A stretch of DNA of 62,821 bases, counting the filler, from Globobulimina sp. (Eukaryota), in the NCBI GenBank assembly GCA_003354225.1. It is 20 parts of 20 records of this genome, joined end to end, with 100 filler letters (N's around TTAATTAATTAA, not from the genome) between each part and the next. Parts side by side here need not be neighbours in the genome. Positions count along the whole stretch, not along the records: positions 22,036 to 25,082 come from PIVH01003896.1; positions 25,183 to 28,229 come from PIVH01003897.1; positions 28,330 to 31,375 come from PIVH01003898.1; positions 31,476 to 34,521 come from PIVH01003899.1; positions 34,622 to 37,666 come from PIVH01003900.1; 15 more parts are not named here. One strand, given 5' to 3'. This document shows, one piece after another, positions 23,805 through 36,768 of the stretch (positions are counted from its first letter, which is position 1; every line of letters starts with the position of its first letter). The notes beneath the pieces were generated by a model that worked only from the letters and a program-made list of their open reading frames with translations, ran no database searches and had not been told where the DNA came from. Made by a program: the position numbers and the translations under genes.

Positions 23805-24802
23805 ATGGTTCGTATTAAATATACGTACACGACTAAAACCCGAATAGTATTCTGGCTCTCCTGCGGCACACTATTCTATACGTATGGTTTAGGCAATCAG
23901 CATTTTGAACGTGACGCACATCGTTTCACTCAAAAAATATTCTGGTGCATCGACATAAATTACGAAGAATGGAAGCGGAGAGAGCGATGGCGATGGAGTG
24001 AATATTTAAGGAATTGGGATCCATTATGTACGGGCAATACAGGCCGAGGTAACATGGGCTATTTATCCGCCTCTGTATTTGATAAATGGTTTTATGGAAA
24101 TAGGAAATTCCAAGATCCCCCACCTTACGATTCTGAAGCAAATCAATTTATTGCTATGGCTGAAAAGGTACATTGCAATTTGCATATATATATACTTGCG
24201 AATTTGCGATATATTTTCCATATAAAATATATTATAAATAAAAGAGTGGCGTTGATCCAGCAAAGCCTTTATTGGAATCGATCCAGAAGATGGTGGATCA
24301 TTATTATCCACACGATTTGGATGACAATCCCGAGGATACGGCGGCTGTGAAAGAGCCCCACGTTCAATGGATCTACAAATCCAACTTTGATGATATTATG
24401 GAGGAAGAGGAGAAAAAGCCAAAATATAATACATTGGCCAGGTATTTGTGGTTTGTGCCCGGATATAAAGAGTACTTTGAAGATTTAAAAGTGGACGCAA
24501 GGAACGAAGAGGAGAAGTTTTTATTGAACTCAAATTCAGAGAAAAGGACTGTTTTTTATGAGAATACGGATCGTTTATCGCAGCGATGGGCATTGGAATT
24601 AAATGATTATGCTCCATTGATTGCGAATAGATGGGATAAAAAGCATCAGTTAGCAAAATATTTGATGGATCCAAAAAATCAAAAATTCATTTTAGAAACC
24701 ATCAAAAAACCTGGAGGGGTAAAGAAAGTATTTATTGATGCCGGCATTATTTCGAGTCAACCAATTTTTGATCCGGAGACGCAGTTTGATACAATACATT
24801 AA
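23805..24802 (+). CDS. Hypothetical protein, two exons
   Basis: GT-AG intron 24168-24244 joins the ORFs in frame. Confidence 0.65.
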
Positions 24803-25182
24803 ACATACAAATGATACTAACAACTATGTGTACGACTCGCTTGTCACGGCTTGTGTAATCAGTAATTGTGCATTAATAATATCAACATACTCCAACGGAT
24901 GTATTGTGCAAAAACTTTTTTTTTATTACATAAGATATCCAAACAAAAGTAAAAATAGAATTGGTGCATTTAACTGAATCGAAAGCAAAGTCACTAATTC
25001 AGTACAATTTTATTCGTCCCAGCAACGATATCAAGGTTTCTAAAAACTTTATGATCCTTTTCAACATAAATATGATTGATATNNNNNNNNNNNNNNNNNN
25101 NNNNNNNNNNNNNNNNNNNNNNNNNNTTAATTAATTAANNNNNNNNNNNNNNNNNNNNNNNNNNNNNNNNNNNNNNNNNNNN

Positions 25183-25388
25183 GGTTTGGTACAATTTATT
25201 TTGTTTAAATCCGGCTTTGATAGCCTGGCCATCGATATTTGAGGTCATATAAAAGTAATCCCTGCTTTTCTTAGCAGTTAAATCGTACAATACATTAAAG
25301 CTAGAATGTGGTATTGCATTCCGATACAATTTGGCGCGATGTGTATAAAACCCCCATGCACTCAAAGGGTCAGAATTAAAAAAATCTG
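25183..25388 (-). pseudogene. Sirtuin (Sir2 family) internal fragment
   Basis: F.SDP..AWGFY.HR..LY...PH and TSNIDGQ..KAGF motifs; no N-terminal GAG motif upstream. Confidence 0.7.
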
Positions 25389-25581
25389 TTTTTGACTGAT
25401 TATAATCGAGATAGAAAATGGAAAAAAGTGTCTGATTACATTTAAAGGATAAATAAATAGTTACTCTACAAAAAAAAACACAGAAGAAAGAAAAACAGTA
25501 TGCATTAGTTGTATGTAAAGTTAGTTATATATATGTCTGTATCCGTATATATCCGAATACGTACCAATATCATCGATCAGC

Positions 25582-26832
25582 TTAGTAACCCACAATATCT
25601 TTAATTCCTTGATATATTTTAAAATGACTTGGAATTTGAAATCTTTCAAATATGAGTGGTACTGCGGTATCCAAACCACACACCCTATGCACCGGCGCCT
25701 GTAGGTTTAAAAACAATTCTTTTTGTACAGTGGCAGCGATTTCAGCACCAACACCAAATGACAATGGTGCTTCATGCGTTATTAATAACCTTCCAGTCTT
25801 CATGACACTGCTCATAATTGTCTCCTCATCCCATGGCAATATGGTCTGCAAATCAATAATTTCACAGGAAATGCCATCCTTAGTCGCCATGTCAACGGCT
25901 TGTGATATAACTCCTAAATGCGCTCCCCATCCGACGATGGTCACATCCTCTCCATGTGCTATCACTTCTGCATTGCCCAAAGGAATGTGGTAATCTGCGG
26001 TGGGTACTTGTTGCCGTGGATATTGATACAACCTCTTGGGCTCAAAAAATATGACTGGATTATCGTCGACTGTGTAAATCAGTAAATGTAATATACAGAA
26101 ACACTGCGCAAGGATCGAAACAATACCAATGTATACAGTACTTAACGTATAGAGCCTCGCAACAGACCCTTTGCTGTGTATGGACTGCGTGGATATACCA
26201 ACTGGCGTGTTAGTAATATATATATATATATGTTATATATTATGTTGCATAATATTTGTGTACAGCAAAATAACTTTTATGCCAGGACAATGAGCAAAAA
26301 ATCCTTCAGGAGATTGTGAATGATATATAGCGCCATGACCAACTGTGGAGGAAGCACATCGAATGGTTAATTTGCCACAATCCCATTCACCAGCCGATCT
26401 GTATCCATATTTTGCACCTTCGTTGACAATTTGATCAAAAGCAGGGAAAATATAGTCTGCAAATTGTATCTCTGCAATAGCAGTATGACCATATGTAGCC
26501 ATTCCAATTCCGAAGCCAACAATGCCTTGTTCCGATAATGGCGAATTAAATACACGGTCTGTCCCAAATTCATCACGTAAACCTTTTGTAACACGAAATA
26601 CACCGCCAAAGGCTACGTCTTCTCCAAATATGCACGCCGTTGGGTCCTCTGTTAATGTTATGTGCAATGCATTGTTCAATGCAGTTAATTGGTTCATTTC
26701 AATCATATCTTGTTGTTGTTGTTCGATTTGATCTAATCCATTTGTGAAATTCCTCCGATTCAAATAACAGAATGACTGATTTAGGTGTTGCTGCTTTGGT
26801 GCATATTTTGAGAGTTTGGATAGCATTTTCAT
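25582..26832 (-). CDS. BCKDHB: Branched-chain 2-oxoacid dehydrogenase E1 beta subunit, 3 exons
   Basis: [37 protein letters not shown] and RVCG.DT motifs; mitochondrial-type presequence. Confidence 0.95.
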
Positions 26833-26968
26833 TTTTGATTATAATTAATACAATATATCACAATACAATAATGTCAAATAAAGGCAAATTAATTGCAAAT
26901 TGTGTGGTGTATGATTTGAACTGACTTGATGTTAATTAAAGTGAAGTGAAAACAGTTTTTTCTTAATA

Positions 26969-27836
26969 ATGGGCTGTTCTCAATCTGATCCAAATGGTAT
27001 ATTATGTTTTTCTTTCTGAAGGAAATATGTTGTAAAATATATCATATCTGTTTCCATCTTCTAAAGGGGATATTGCGCATTCAACAGCACGAATTAAAGA
27101 ATTGGAAAATGAAAACAATAAATTACGAAAAGAATTGAAGGAATTACAGAGACAATTACCGGATGCAGTACATTCAAAAGAAGCAGAGTATAAATTAAAT
27201 TTGCCCGAAAATGCCATGCAACTGCAAAATGGCATAGTTGCGTGTTACAGTCCAACCGATGAAAATGACACTAATGATCTTTTATATCCAGAAACAGACG
27301 AATTAATTAGAAACGGCCAAAAAACAGACGAAAGTGAAGAAAAAGTAGATGAACAACGAAGAATTTCTTATCACCCAAAAAAAATTGGAGAAACTGATCC
27401 ATTCTGGTGTGTACATGTTTTTTTATACAGTTTTGGCAAAATAAACAATAATTATTATGAATTTGTGATGACAAGGATTGATATTAAAGACAAATGCGAA
27501 ATTGATTACGAACAAATCAAGAAAACATTACCAAACAAAGATTTTATTGATGAAGAGGATGAAAGATGGAAATTGCAATTATGGACAGCAGACTATGGTG
27601 AATATAAATTAATTTGTAATGTTGCATTAGTTAATTATAATACAGATGATTGGAGTGAAGATGACACAAATTTATTATTTGCATCGGTATCTAAATATGG
27701 GATAAATAGTAGGAGTGCTTGGGATAAAATCTCTGAAAATTTGAATAGAGAAGTTGATGATGCTATGCTTAAATACAGTGATTTGGTTAAAATTCCGCTC
27801 AAAAAATTGAAGAAAATGACCACTGTCAGAGGTTAA
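26969..27836 (+). CDS. Hypothetical protein with MGC acylation motif, coiled coil and C-terminal Myb/SANT-like repeat
   Basis: Exon MGCSQSDPN, in-frame intron 26997-27066, then WSEDD..LL...V.KYG....W.KI. Confidence 0.6.
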
Positions 27837-28604
27837 TTATTATTTGACTTATAATGTTTAGATGTACAGTACATGCATAATTTTGTTTTATAGAGACGTA
27901 AAAAACATATAAGTGTTTTTGTATATTCGTTTCCATGTTTTGTGCAAGTTGACTCTTTTGATATTCATCTGAAAAGTTTTTGAAATAATTTAAGGAAAAA
28001 TAAATAAATATTATATAAAAGAAAGGGTCAAACATTCAATTTCTGCTTTTTAATTTGTGGCGATGATGGTGGAGTTGCAAATGCTTGATTAATACAACCA
28101 ATATCATCAAAACTTTGAATTAAATTTCGTTTCTTTAAATTCTTATTTGCGTACAATAGATTTTTTTTGTGCTTTAACTGCTTTTGGTGATAATTAGGAT
28201 TATTCGGTGATAATGTTTTTGGTGATAATNNNNNNNNNNNNNNNNNNNNNNNNNNNNNNNNNNNNNNNNNNNNTTAATTAATTAANNNNNNNNNNNNNNN
28301 NNNNNNNNNNNNNNNNNNNNNNNNNNNNNTAATTATAAGACAACATCAAACGTTTGCGCCTCTCACCGGATTGACATCAACGTATAATGTTACATTTGAA
28401 GATCAAGAGACAAAGCAGACATTCGACAATTTGGTCCATGAGTTTCAAGCTACACATGCTCCTCAAACATAATTACTGTATCTGACTATCTGCTAATTTA
28501 TAATTGTAATTCTTGACTGCATGAACCACCGTCAAATAATTTAATGAAAAAAAAGGAAATATTACTATTTATTGCAGACTTAAGATAGCGGTATAAAACA
28601 TGAT

Positions 28605-30617
28605 TTAGTTTGCAATTATTTTTTCCATCACAATATCAAATCTCCGGATGTGTTCTTTTGCGATATAACATAATTTTTTGTTCGGATCATTCTGATTCTG
28701 ATTATTTAGCAATTGATTTTGTTCATATTCATTATCTTTCGTATCCGGGTGCTGGGCAATTGAAGTTTGCAATTTTCTTAATCCGACACATCTATTTGAC
28801 AAAGCAGTATTTTTCAATTCATTCAAGTAATAATTATTATGTATTACTGGAGCATAAAATGTATTTCGTTGCTTTATTTTACTGATTGTTTTTGTTTCTA
28901 TTTTTGCTTTGGTTTTCTTTATTTGATTCTCATTGATAATATTTTGATTTCTATGATATTGTATCCAAAACGTATCCCATTTATGAAAGCGTTCAAACAT
29001 TTTCTGTTTCTTTAAAATTAGTTCTTTCAAAGGCGGGCCAATCGATTCCGTGATTGGTTTCAAACATTTATCCAAAATAGAAACACGCATAATTTTCGCA
29101 AATTGCTGGTTTTCATTCTCGAGTATAGTTTGATGATATTGATTGATTCTCATTTTAATCACATAATGAACGGGTCTCAGATCATTCAATTTTTCCAGAA
29201 TGTGCGCTCGCAAAAGTCCTAATTTATTATGTTGATACCACACTTTATCGCCCACTGACAACTGCGCTCTGTTCACAGCCAATATTATTTGCGGGTCAAT
29301 ATCAATATGATTCAGTGCGTTAACGTTCGAATTGACGACATCGTTCAAATTAACTTTTGCATCATGCGAAATGAGTAAATCTACAATATTTACAAACGAA
29401 TTTTCAATCGCCAAATGTATGGGGTAATTGCCTTTCAAATTGGAATGATTTACTTTTGCGCCATAATCGATCATTAATTTGGCGATTTCATACTTTCCGT
29501 ACCAACAGGCTGTGAATAAGGGAGTGCTCCTATTCTTATCTGCGCGTAATAGCAATTCGCCACTTCTTTCAATTATCCTTTTAACGGATTGGTAGTCGCC
29601 TTTGCGAGTATAATATGACAATTTATTGTATAACACATCTTGAGATAACAAATGATTTAAAGTGCCGATCAATTCATAGCGTTTTTCGCAATCTTTTGCG
29701 GTCCGACTCTGCATTTCCTCCGCTACCTTGTTCCATGCGATTCTATTCATGTTTGTGTTATTTGTATTGGATGACATGGATGTTTGTGGCCGCGAATGTG
29801 TTCCGGGCCTTGAGGTTCGTCGCGATGTTAGATTTTTCGACTGGGTGCCTTGATGCAACACAACTAATTCAAACAAGCGTTCTTCTTCAGACTCCGTCCA
29901 TTGTTTGTTTTGTGTGTATCGCGAGATATCGTCAGCATTAACATACACAGTGCCACTTTCTAAATTTATGTGGATTTTGCCACTTTTTGTGAGCCGATTG
30001 ATAATATTTCCAACACCGTATGGTGTCTCGACCAGCGATTTACGAAATGTTATGCGAACTGGACGCGATAAGATTGACAACGCTTTTTTCATTTTGTCCA
30101 AACCAAACGAATTTACATTTTGATTGTTTATGGCATATATTGTGGAATATAATGAGATTTGTTTCTCTTTTCCTTTTTCGTTGATTCGATTCACATAAAC
30201 TCCTTCCTTTCCACTCGCGATATCAAATCCTAATTCTTGGTCTTGATAATATGTTATCTCATATTTGGAATCTTTATCTGTTAACGTTTTATTGTGGTCT
30301 TCTTCTTTGGGTTCTTTCTCTTTGCTCTCTGTATTTGTTTCAGAATAACCTTCTTCGATTGCAAAGGTGTTGATTTCTGACAATGTCTTTGTTGGCGCAT
30401 TGTTGGCTTTCTTTGCTTGTTTTTCCGGTGCGTTTGGATCCTCACAGGCTGTATATGTTTGATTGTACAGTTTCTTTAATAATTTGTTTTCGATTCGTTG
30501 TAATGATTTTAACTTTTTGGCAAATCGAGGAGATTTTTTTTGTAATGTTTCTCGCCATTGTTTGACTTCTAGTGGACACTCCAAGTTAAAAGTTTTTATA
30601 TGTGCCTTCTCACTCAT
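28605..30617 (-). CDS. PDZ-like + Myb/SANT + ankyrin-repeat protein
   Basis: LGFDI..GVYVNRI..IYAINNQNV (PDZ); WTESEEERL...WNKVAEEM..RTAKDCEKRY (Myb); TPLFTAC and YPIHLA (ankyrin). Confidence 0.75.
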   Translation of the reverse strand: MSEKAHIKTFNLECPLEVKQWRETLQKKSPRFAKKLKSLQRIENKLLKKLYNQTYTACEDPNAPEKQAKKANNAPTKTLSEINTFAIEEGYSETNTESKEKEPKEEDHNKTLTDKDSKYEITYYQDQELGFDIASGKEGVYVNRINEKGKEKQISLYSTIYAINNQNVNSFGLDKMKKALSILSRPVRITFRKSLVETPYGVGNIINRLTKSGKIHINLESGTVYVNADDISRYTQNKQWTESEEERLFELVVLHQGTQSKNLTSRRTSRPGTHSRPQTSMSSNTNNTNMNRIAWNKVAEEMQSRTAKDCEKRYELIGTLNHLLSQDVLYNKLSYYTRKGDYQSVKRIIERSGELLLRADKNRSTPLFTACWYGKYEIAKLMIDYGAKVNHSNLKGNYPIHLAIENSFVNIVDLLISHDAKVNLNDVVNSNVNALNHIDIDPQIILAVNRAQLSVGDKVWYQHNKLGLLRAHILEKLNDLRPVHYVIKMRINQYHQTILENENQQFAKIMRVSILDKCLKPITESIGPPLKELILKKQKMFERFHKWDTFWIQYHRNQNIINENQIKKTKAKIETKTISKIKQRNTFYAPVIHNNYYLNELKNTALSNRCVGLRKLQTSIAQHPDTKDNEYEQNQLLNNQNQNDPNKKLCYIAKEHIRRFDIVMEKIIAN

Positions 30618-31475
30618 TGCGATGTCGGTCGATTTTGTGAAACACTTTATATTTACTCATAAGTTATAATATAATCATTATGTTCATTCATAATTTATAC
30701 CCATATGGGTATAATCATCATCGATCATCTTCTTTGCAGTGATCACCAGTGGTTATAACTATTTTGTTTACACTGTTTGAAGGAATTATGTTGTCATGAT
30801 ACACGTTATTGCTGTTGCGTTGTTAGCATTGGGGTGGGTTAAGTTATTGAATTAGTACATCTTGAGATTACTTATCGACACATCTCGGTACTGACGGTAT
30901 ATTATTACAAGTACTAGTGATACCATATACATTTGATGTCGTTTAACTTTCTGTGGTTTGCCCCATATTAATCATAACAGATTGTAAGCAGTTGGATATA
31001 TCAAAGTGTCATGGTTATTCAACTGTTAAATAATGAAAAAAACACACAAAAAAAAAACGATTTTAAACTGTCCATGGCAACTCGTCACACAACGTCTCAC
31101 CTATTGCGTGTTCAAAGGCTGTTACAAGTTATGACAATATATCCATCTGCATTTTCTATAATTTGCATCATAAATAACCACTATTAGTACAGCCCAGAAC
31201 ATGTCACAAATTATATATAAAAAATTATCATTCCATTCAACGCTTATTTTCATCCTCAGTCTCCGATGAGATCCCATCACCACCAAAGACTGCATTTGCA
31301 GCACTGAAAGTTGCTTTGCACTCACATTATTTGTTAAACCAAGAGGTTAGTTTCTTTTCTTTCCTTTATTATCTCNNNNNNNNNNNNNNNNNNNNNNNNN
31401 NNNNNNNNNNNNNNNNNNNTTAATTAATTAANNNNNNNNNNNNNNNNNNNNNNNNNNNNNNNNNNNNNNNNNNNN

Positions 31476-32931
31476 CAAAAAATTAAAATACCAAGAAATC
31501 AAAAAGAAGTTGGCACAAGAATCGGAGTGCACTTTTATTCCAAAAATCAATGAGAATAAAATTGATTTTTGCAATGTGTATAATTTTGAACAAATAAATA
31601 TAGCGAATGCAAATGGCATATCATTGAAAAAAAAAAGATTAATCCAACAAATCAAAGACAAACAACACCGAGAATTCACCCAACATTGTACTTTTAAGCC
31701 TAAATTATGTAAATACTCGAAAAAAATAGCGATGAAATTGAAGAAAAATCCGAAATTTAAGGAAAGATATCACAATGCGTATACACTGAAAGTAGATAAA
31801 GATGCTGATGAGCACGATGAGGAAATGAAAGAATGTACTTTTAAGCCAGAAATAAATGAGTACAAACGTATCAATTTAGACCATGTGAGGAATTATCTTA
31901 AATCTGATGCAAAGGATCGATTATCTACAACTGGCGCACTTAAGTTACCATCGAAGAATATTAAAAACAAAAACAAAAATATCGACAAATCATTTGCTAT
32001 CAATCAAGATGAAAAAACAAAAGATTTCTTTATTCGATTAGAAATTGACCAAGAAATTAGAAAACATCATCAACGAAAACTAAAAAAACAATCAAATCCG
32101 AAATTTATACCCGAAATCAATCAGAAATCATTACAATTAGTAAACAAAGCCGGTGTTAAATTTGAACAGCGACAAACATTACATTTAGAAAATATAAATA
32201 ACACATTATTAAAACATCAATTAATGAAATTAAAAGATATCGAACTCAATGAATCTCAGCAACAATTTAAATATAAACCGGAATTGAATGCAAAATCAGT
32301 GTCGATGGTTGAAAATAAAAGAGTGCCAAGAAACGGTGCTGGATTTTCAAGAGCAAATTATTATTATTACATCAATCAAAATGTGCAAATAGATGCTAAT
32401 AATAATAAATATGAAAACAAAAAGCTTTTAAATAATCCCAATCTGAAAGAATATTTTTCGTTGGATGTGGTTGAGCGATTAAATGGAAATGTGAGAAATA
32501 AAAAGGAAATGAAAACATATGACCATGGCAATAATGATGATAATAACAATAATAATAAAAAATTGAGTGAGCATGATTTCGAAGACTTTATTGAGAGACA
32601 AAGAAAACATGAACAATGTCGGCAAAAACGAATACAAAAATTATGGAAACGGTTTAAAAAAGATGACGAATTAGAAACAGATAAAGAGAATACAAACATA
32701 AATGTATCGCCGTCTATAAAATCGCAGATAGGTAAAGGAAGTAATAAAAGTGTAAGAAATATAAATAAACCAAATGCTGAGGACATGAAGCTATCATATA
32801 CGCAGTTATTTAATTGCAAGCAAGATAATGAATTAAGTATCGCTCAAAATGAAAAAATAAAAAAAACAAACAGTACATCGTATTGTTCATTGTCAAAAAT
32901 GCATTGTGACACTCAATTTATTTCCATGTAA
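31476..32931 (+). CDS. Lys/Asn-rich protein with repeated (C)TF(K/I)P.IN motifs (5' partial)
   Basis: ECTFIPKIN, HCTFKPKL, ECTFKPEIN, KFIPEIN and YKPELN repeats. Confidence 0.6.
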
Positions 32932-33749
32932 TCTTTAAATTGCGTGTTGGGATTAGGAGAATTTTTTGTCGCTGATTACACCTCTTAAGATTTGTTACTT
33001 TTGGTGCTATTGTTTCCGAAATATAGTGTTTTGTAAGGTATACCTAAATATTTTTTGCCTTTGCCTGTTCACCAGAAACGGTTTGCTTCTTCCTTACTTC
33101 TGAAAACAGGACTCTCTTCGGTTAGATCTTCAGTCATAACTATTGAGCTAATTTTCATTGTTGTGTCTGCAGTGTTTATTGTGAACTTCAGGTGAAAATT
33201 ACCTCAGGTGTTGTGATGTATGGAGTGTTTGTTCTTACGTGTGGTTTACTCAAAACAAACGCACCATGTTAAAAAAATAACTACATCCGGACCAAAAACA
33301 GCAATAATATTATAAATATTATGCACTACCTACACAACTTCATGATGCTCGAATACAATATTTAATATCCAATCACTTATATTTTAAATGGATTGCAGGG
33401 CAAAGTAGATTTCAAATAAATGATTTATTCTACGGCATTTGAAATATATTGATCAGATTGATTTGAAATGTATTGTAACTTCGTAATGCAGTAACTCTCG
33501 TTAATTGCAGTTCAAAACGAAGGAATTCGGAATTGAAGTTGATATGGAGAGTCATCATACTTTTAGGAACGCTGTCATAAATGTTTTTCTCAAAAACATC
33601 TCAACTTTGTATCTTTGTTCAATGCCACATTGGTCTTTTGCATCACATAACATCATACCTACAATCTAGTTACTTGAAGTTCTCATCATTTGCAATTGAT
33701 TGAATTTTCCAAATAAATCGTAGCGTCAACAATCCAAACGTACCCAAAC

Positions 33750-34521
33750 ATGTCATCGCAATTTGCGGAGACAATTGTCTCAGAAATAGATTCAATGATA
33801 TCTTTATTAGAAACATCCATTGATTCATCAGCAAAACCACCAAAACCAAAACAGCCCAAAACATACGTAAACGATGAAAAATATGATGCATCCGATTTAA
33901 ACTCCGGGCGTACCGCAGGCACAGAGCCCAACGACAACCCATTAAACATCGACAGCCGCGTCGAAATAGCAGCATCCGTCGGAGAAGAATGTATCACCAA
34001 AACAGAGTTAAAAACGATTCTCTCCCAAAAACGAACGCGACCCGTTGCCTATGACGGATTCGAGCCTTCCGGTCGTATGCATATCGCCCAAGGCATACTA
34101 AAGGCCATCAACGTCAACAAATTGACCTCGGTCGGCTGTGATTTTGTGTTTTGGGTCGCTGACTGGTTCGCGTTGTTAAACAACAAAATGGGCGGAGACC
34201 TGACTAAGATCCGTATTGTGGGCGAATATATGATCGAAGTCTGGCGCGCCGCCGGCATGGATATGAAACATGTTTATTTTCGTTGGTGTTCGGATGATAT
34301 CAATGCAGACAGCAACAAATATTGGCTGCGCGTGATTGAAATCAGCAAAATGTTCAGCATCACGCGCACAAAACGTTGCTGTACGATTTTAGGCCGCGAA
34401 GAGTCTGACGATATGCCAACGGCCAACTTATTGTATGCCTGCATGCAATGCTGCGACATTTTCTTTTTGAAGGCAGACATTTGTCAGTTGGGTATGGATC
34501 AGCGCAAAGTCAATATGTTAG
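33750..34521 (+). CDS. TyrRS: Tyrosyl-tRNA synthetase, cytosolic plant/protist type (3' truncated)
   Basis: AYDGFEPSGRMHIAQG, ADWFALLNNKMGG and MQC.DIFFLKADICQLGMDQRKVN motifs. Confidence 0.95.
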
Positions 34522-34757
34522 NNNNNNNNNNNNNNNNNNNNNNNNNNNNNNNNNNNNNNNNNNNNTTAATTAATTAANNNNNNNNNNNNNNNNNNNNNNN
34601 NNNNNNNNNNNNNNNNNNNNNAAATATGATGGTGACTGACGGCCAAAGTGGCTTTTTTAATTTAATTTTTGTGCGGAAAAAACTTTACTTTTTAGTTTTT
34701 CAGATATTTCTGTTGAATTCCGTCGGAAACAAAGAAAGAAAGAAAGAAAGAAATAAG

Positions 34758-36518
34758 ATGTTTAGTAATAGCAATCGGCGTGAATTCCAGAAAGGATTAG
34801 ACACTGAGAAAGCGCGTGCAATTCGTCGCAATACGCAACTATCATTACGTCGAAAAGAAAGGGAAGCTCATTTACAAAAGAAAGTGCGTTTGTTGCGACC
34901 AAAGAATACATCCTCGTCATCATTATCTTTTGGCGAAGAAAGGAAAGCAATAAAAAAAGATCTGGGCAAATACATAGCGAATGTGATGAAAGTGGACGAT
35001 GCCGCCTTGCAATTGCATGGTTTGCGTTCCATCCGTAAGTTGTTGTGCATCGATCGGGAGCCACCAATAAAGCGAGTGTGTTTCAGTGGCATTCTACCAA
35101 AAATCATCCAGTTTATGAGTGTGACAGCGACAGCGCGTGAGTTGAACGAGAACGTATCCTTTGAGGCAGCTTGGATCATAACAAATATTTGTGCGTCGAC
35201 GCAAGAATATACCTTAAAAGTAGTGGAATACGGCGGCATCGAAGCATTCATTTCGTTGTTACGCCATTCGAGCAATGTTGAGATCGTAACCCAAACCATC
35301 TGGGGCTTAGGCAACATCTCTGCGGACAGTGATGCGTTAAGAAAACGTATTTTGTCGACGGGAGTGCTGAAGGACATTATATGCATTATTGAGGATGACA
35401 AGAATTTGAATTCCGACTTGCAAGAAAATGCCATTTGGACAATGAGCACAATACTTCGCTACAAAGACGTCGATAATCGCATAAAACTGAAAGATGTGGA
35501 AAGTGTGAATTTGATCTCGATCCTTTGCAAATTGTTGGAGTGCAAACTCAAATTAAAAGAGAACATTGTCAGGGATTGCTTGTACACTTTGACTTATTTA
35601 AGCAATTCAAACGAGGCCATTTGTGATTTTATTGTCAAGCAATCAAAAACCATCAGTATCATTATGAAGTTGTTGAATATTGAGGTTGGTAAATATGAGA
35701 TTGCCTTAAACCAATCGAATAATGGAAATAAAAAGGAAGCGATTCTGTCATTGAACAATAATATTTATATGCCATGCTTCCGATTTATAGGCAATATATT
35801 GAGCTGCGATGATGATTTGACGCAAATTATTTTAGATAATGGATATTTAGATGTTATTGAGCCATTTTTCGACCACTTTCTATGCCAACAAAGGAGAGAA
35901 ATAATGTGGTCATTAAGCAATATTTTGGCTGGTTCGCATCAACAAATTGAATGCATTTTGTCTCGGCATTGTTTAATAAAATCAATCATAAACTATGCCA
36001 TCAATGACAAACTACGCAATCGGATCGAAGCATGCTTTGCTATTTGCAATGCGGTGAACGGCGCCATCGCAGCACAGAAGCACTTGTTAGCGGAATATGG
36101 CGCCATCGAAGCAATTTGTTCGTTGCTGAACCCAGTGAATAAGATTAGTGACTCTCATTTGTTAGTTGTTGTGCAAGCATTGGACGCTTTTCTTCAAACA
36201 TTTGGCGATTTGACGAATATAAATCCCTTCGCCGAACGTATTGAAGAATGCAATGGTTTGAACTATTTGGAAGAAAGAAGTACCGATCAACGAATAAAGG
36301 AAAACACTTGGAATGCTATTTGTGATTTGATGGATAAATATTGGGGAAAGGAATCCGTTCATAGCCATACCAATAATAACAATATAAATAATATAAATGA
36401 AAAACAGTTCAAATTTGGTCTAAACTCATTCATAAATAATAATAATAATGAAAATAATCCAAATATTATAAATAAACAATTTGATGCAAATACGAATTCT
36501 GTTCGATTTAGTTTTTAA
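34758..36518 (+). CDS. KPNA: Importin alpha
   Basis: IBB domain (RR...LSLRRKERE), ARM repeats FEAAW.ITNI, WGLGNI and WSLSNI.AG. Confidence 0.9.
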   Translation: MFSNSNRREFQKGLDTEKARAIRRNTQLSLRRKEREAHLQKKVRLLRPKNTSSSSLSFGEERKAIKKDLGKYIANVMKVDDAALQLHGLRSIRKLLCIDREPPIKRVCFSGILPKIIQFMSVTATARELNENVSFEAAWIITNICASTQEYTLKVVEYGGIEAFISLLRHSSNVEIVTQTIWGLGNISADSDALRKRILSTGVLKDIICIIEDDKNLNSDLQENAIWTMSTILRYKDVDNRIKLKDVESVNLISILCKLLECKLKLKENIVRDCLYTLTYLSNSNEAICDFIVKQSKTISIIMKLLNIEVGKYEIALNQSNNGNKKEAILSLNNNIYMPCFRFIGNILSCDDDLTQIILDNGYLDVIEPFFDHFLCQQRREIMWSLSNILAGSHQQIECILSRHCLIKSIINYAINDKLRNRIEACFAICNAVNGAIAAQKHLLAEYGAIEAICSLLNPVNKISDSHLLVVVQALDAFLQTFGDLTNINPFAERIEECNGLNYLEERSTDQRIKENTWNAICDLMDKYWGKESVHSHTNNNNINNINEKQFKFGLNSFINNNNNENNPNIINKQFDANTNSVRFSF

Positions 36519-36768
36519 CAGACTATGTTTCACCTTTTTTTTTTCCTTTTTATATTTTGTGGGCTTATTTTTTTATCTATTTATTTAACATTAAAGATCA
36601 TAATAATCTTTTCTTATCTCTAAAATGTGAACCTCGGAAAAGCAACATATAAAAATCAGTATTCCGTAAGTTATGAACAGAATTAGCATTACCACTCTTT
36701 CGTTGTGCGTTACAGAGTATTGTCATAATAAAACCAGACGACTGAGACGGTGAGACGAGCAAATGTTA

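Noticed and set aside
33750-34521. TyrRS as a giant-virus gene
   Set aside because: Moderate GC and codon style match the host contigs, and no AAAATTGA lies directly upstream.
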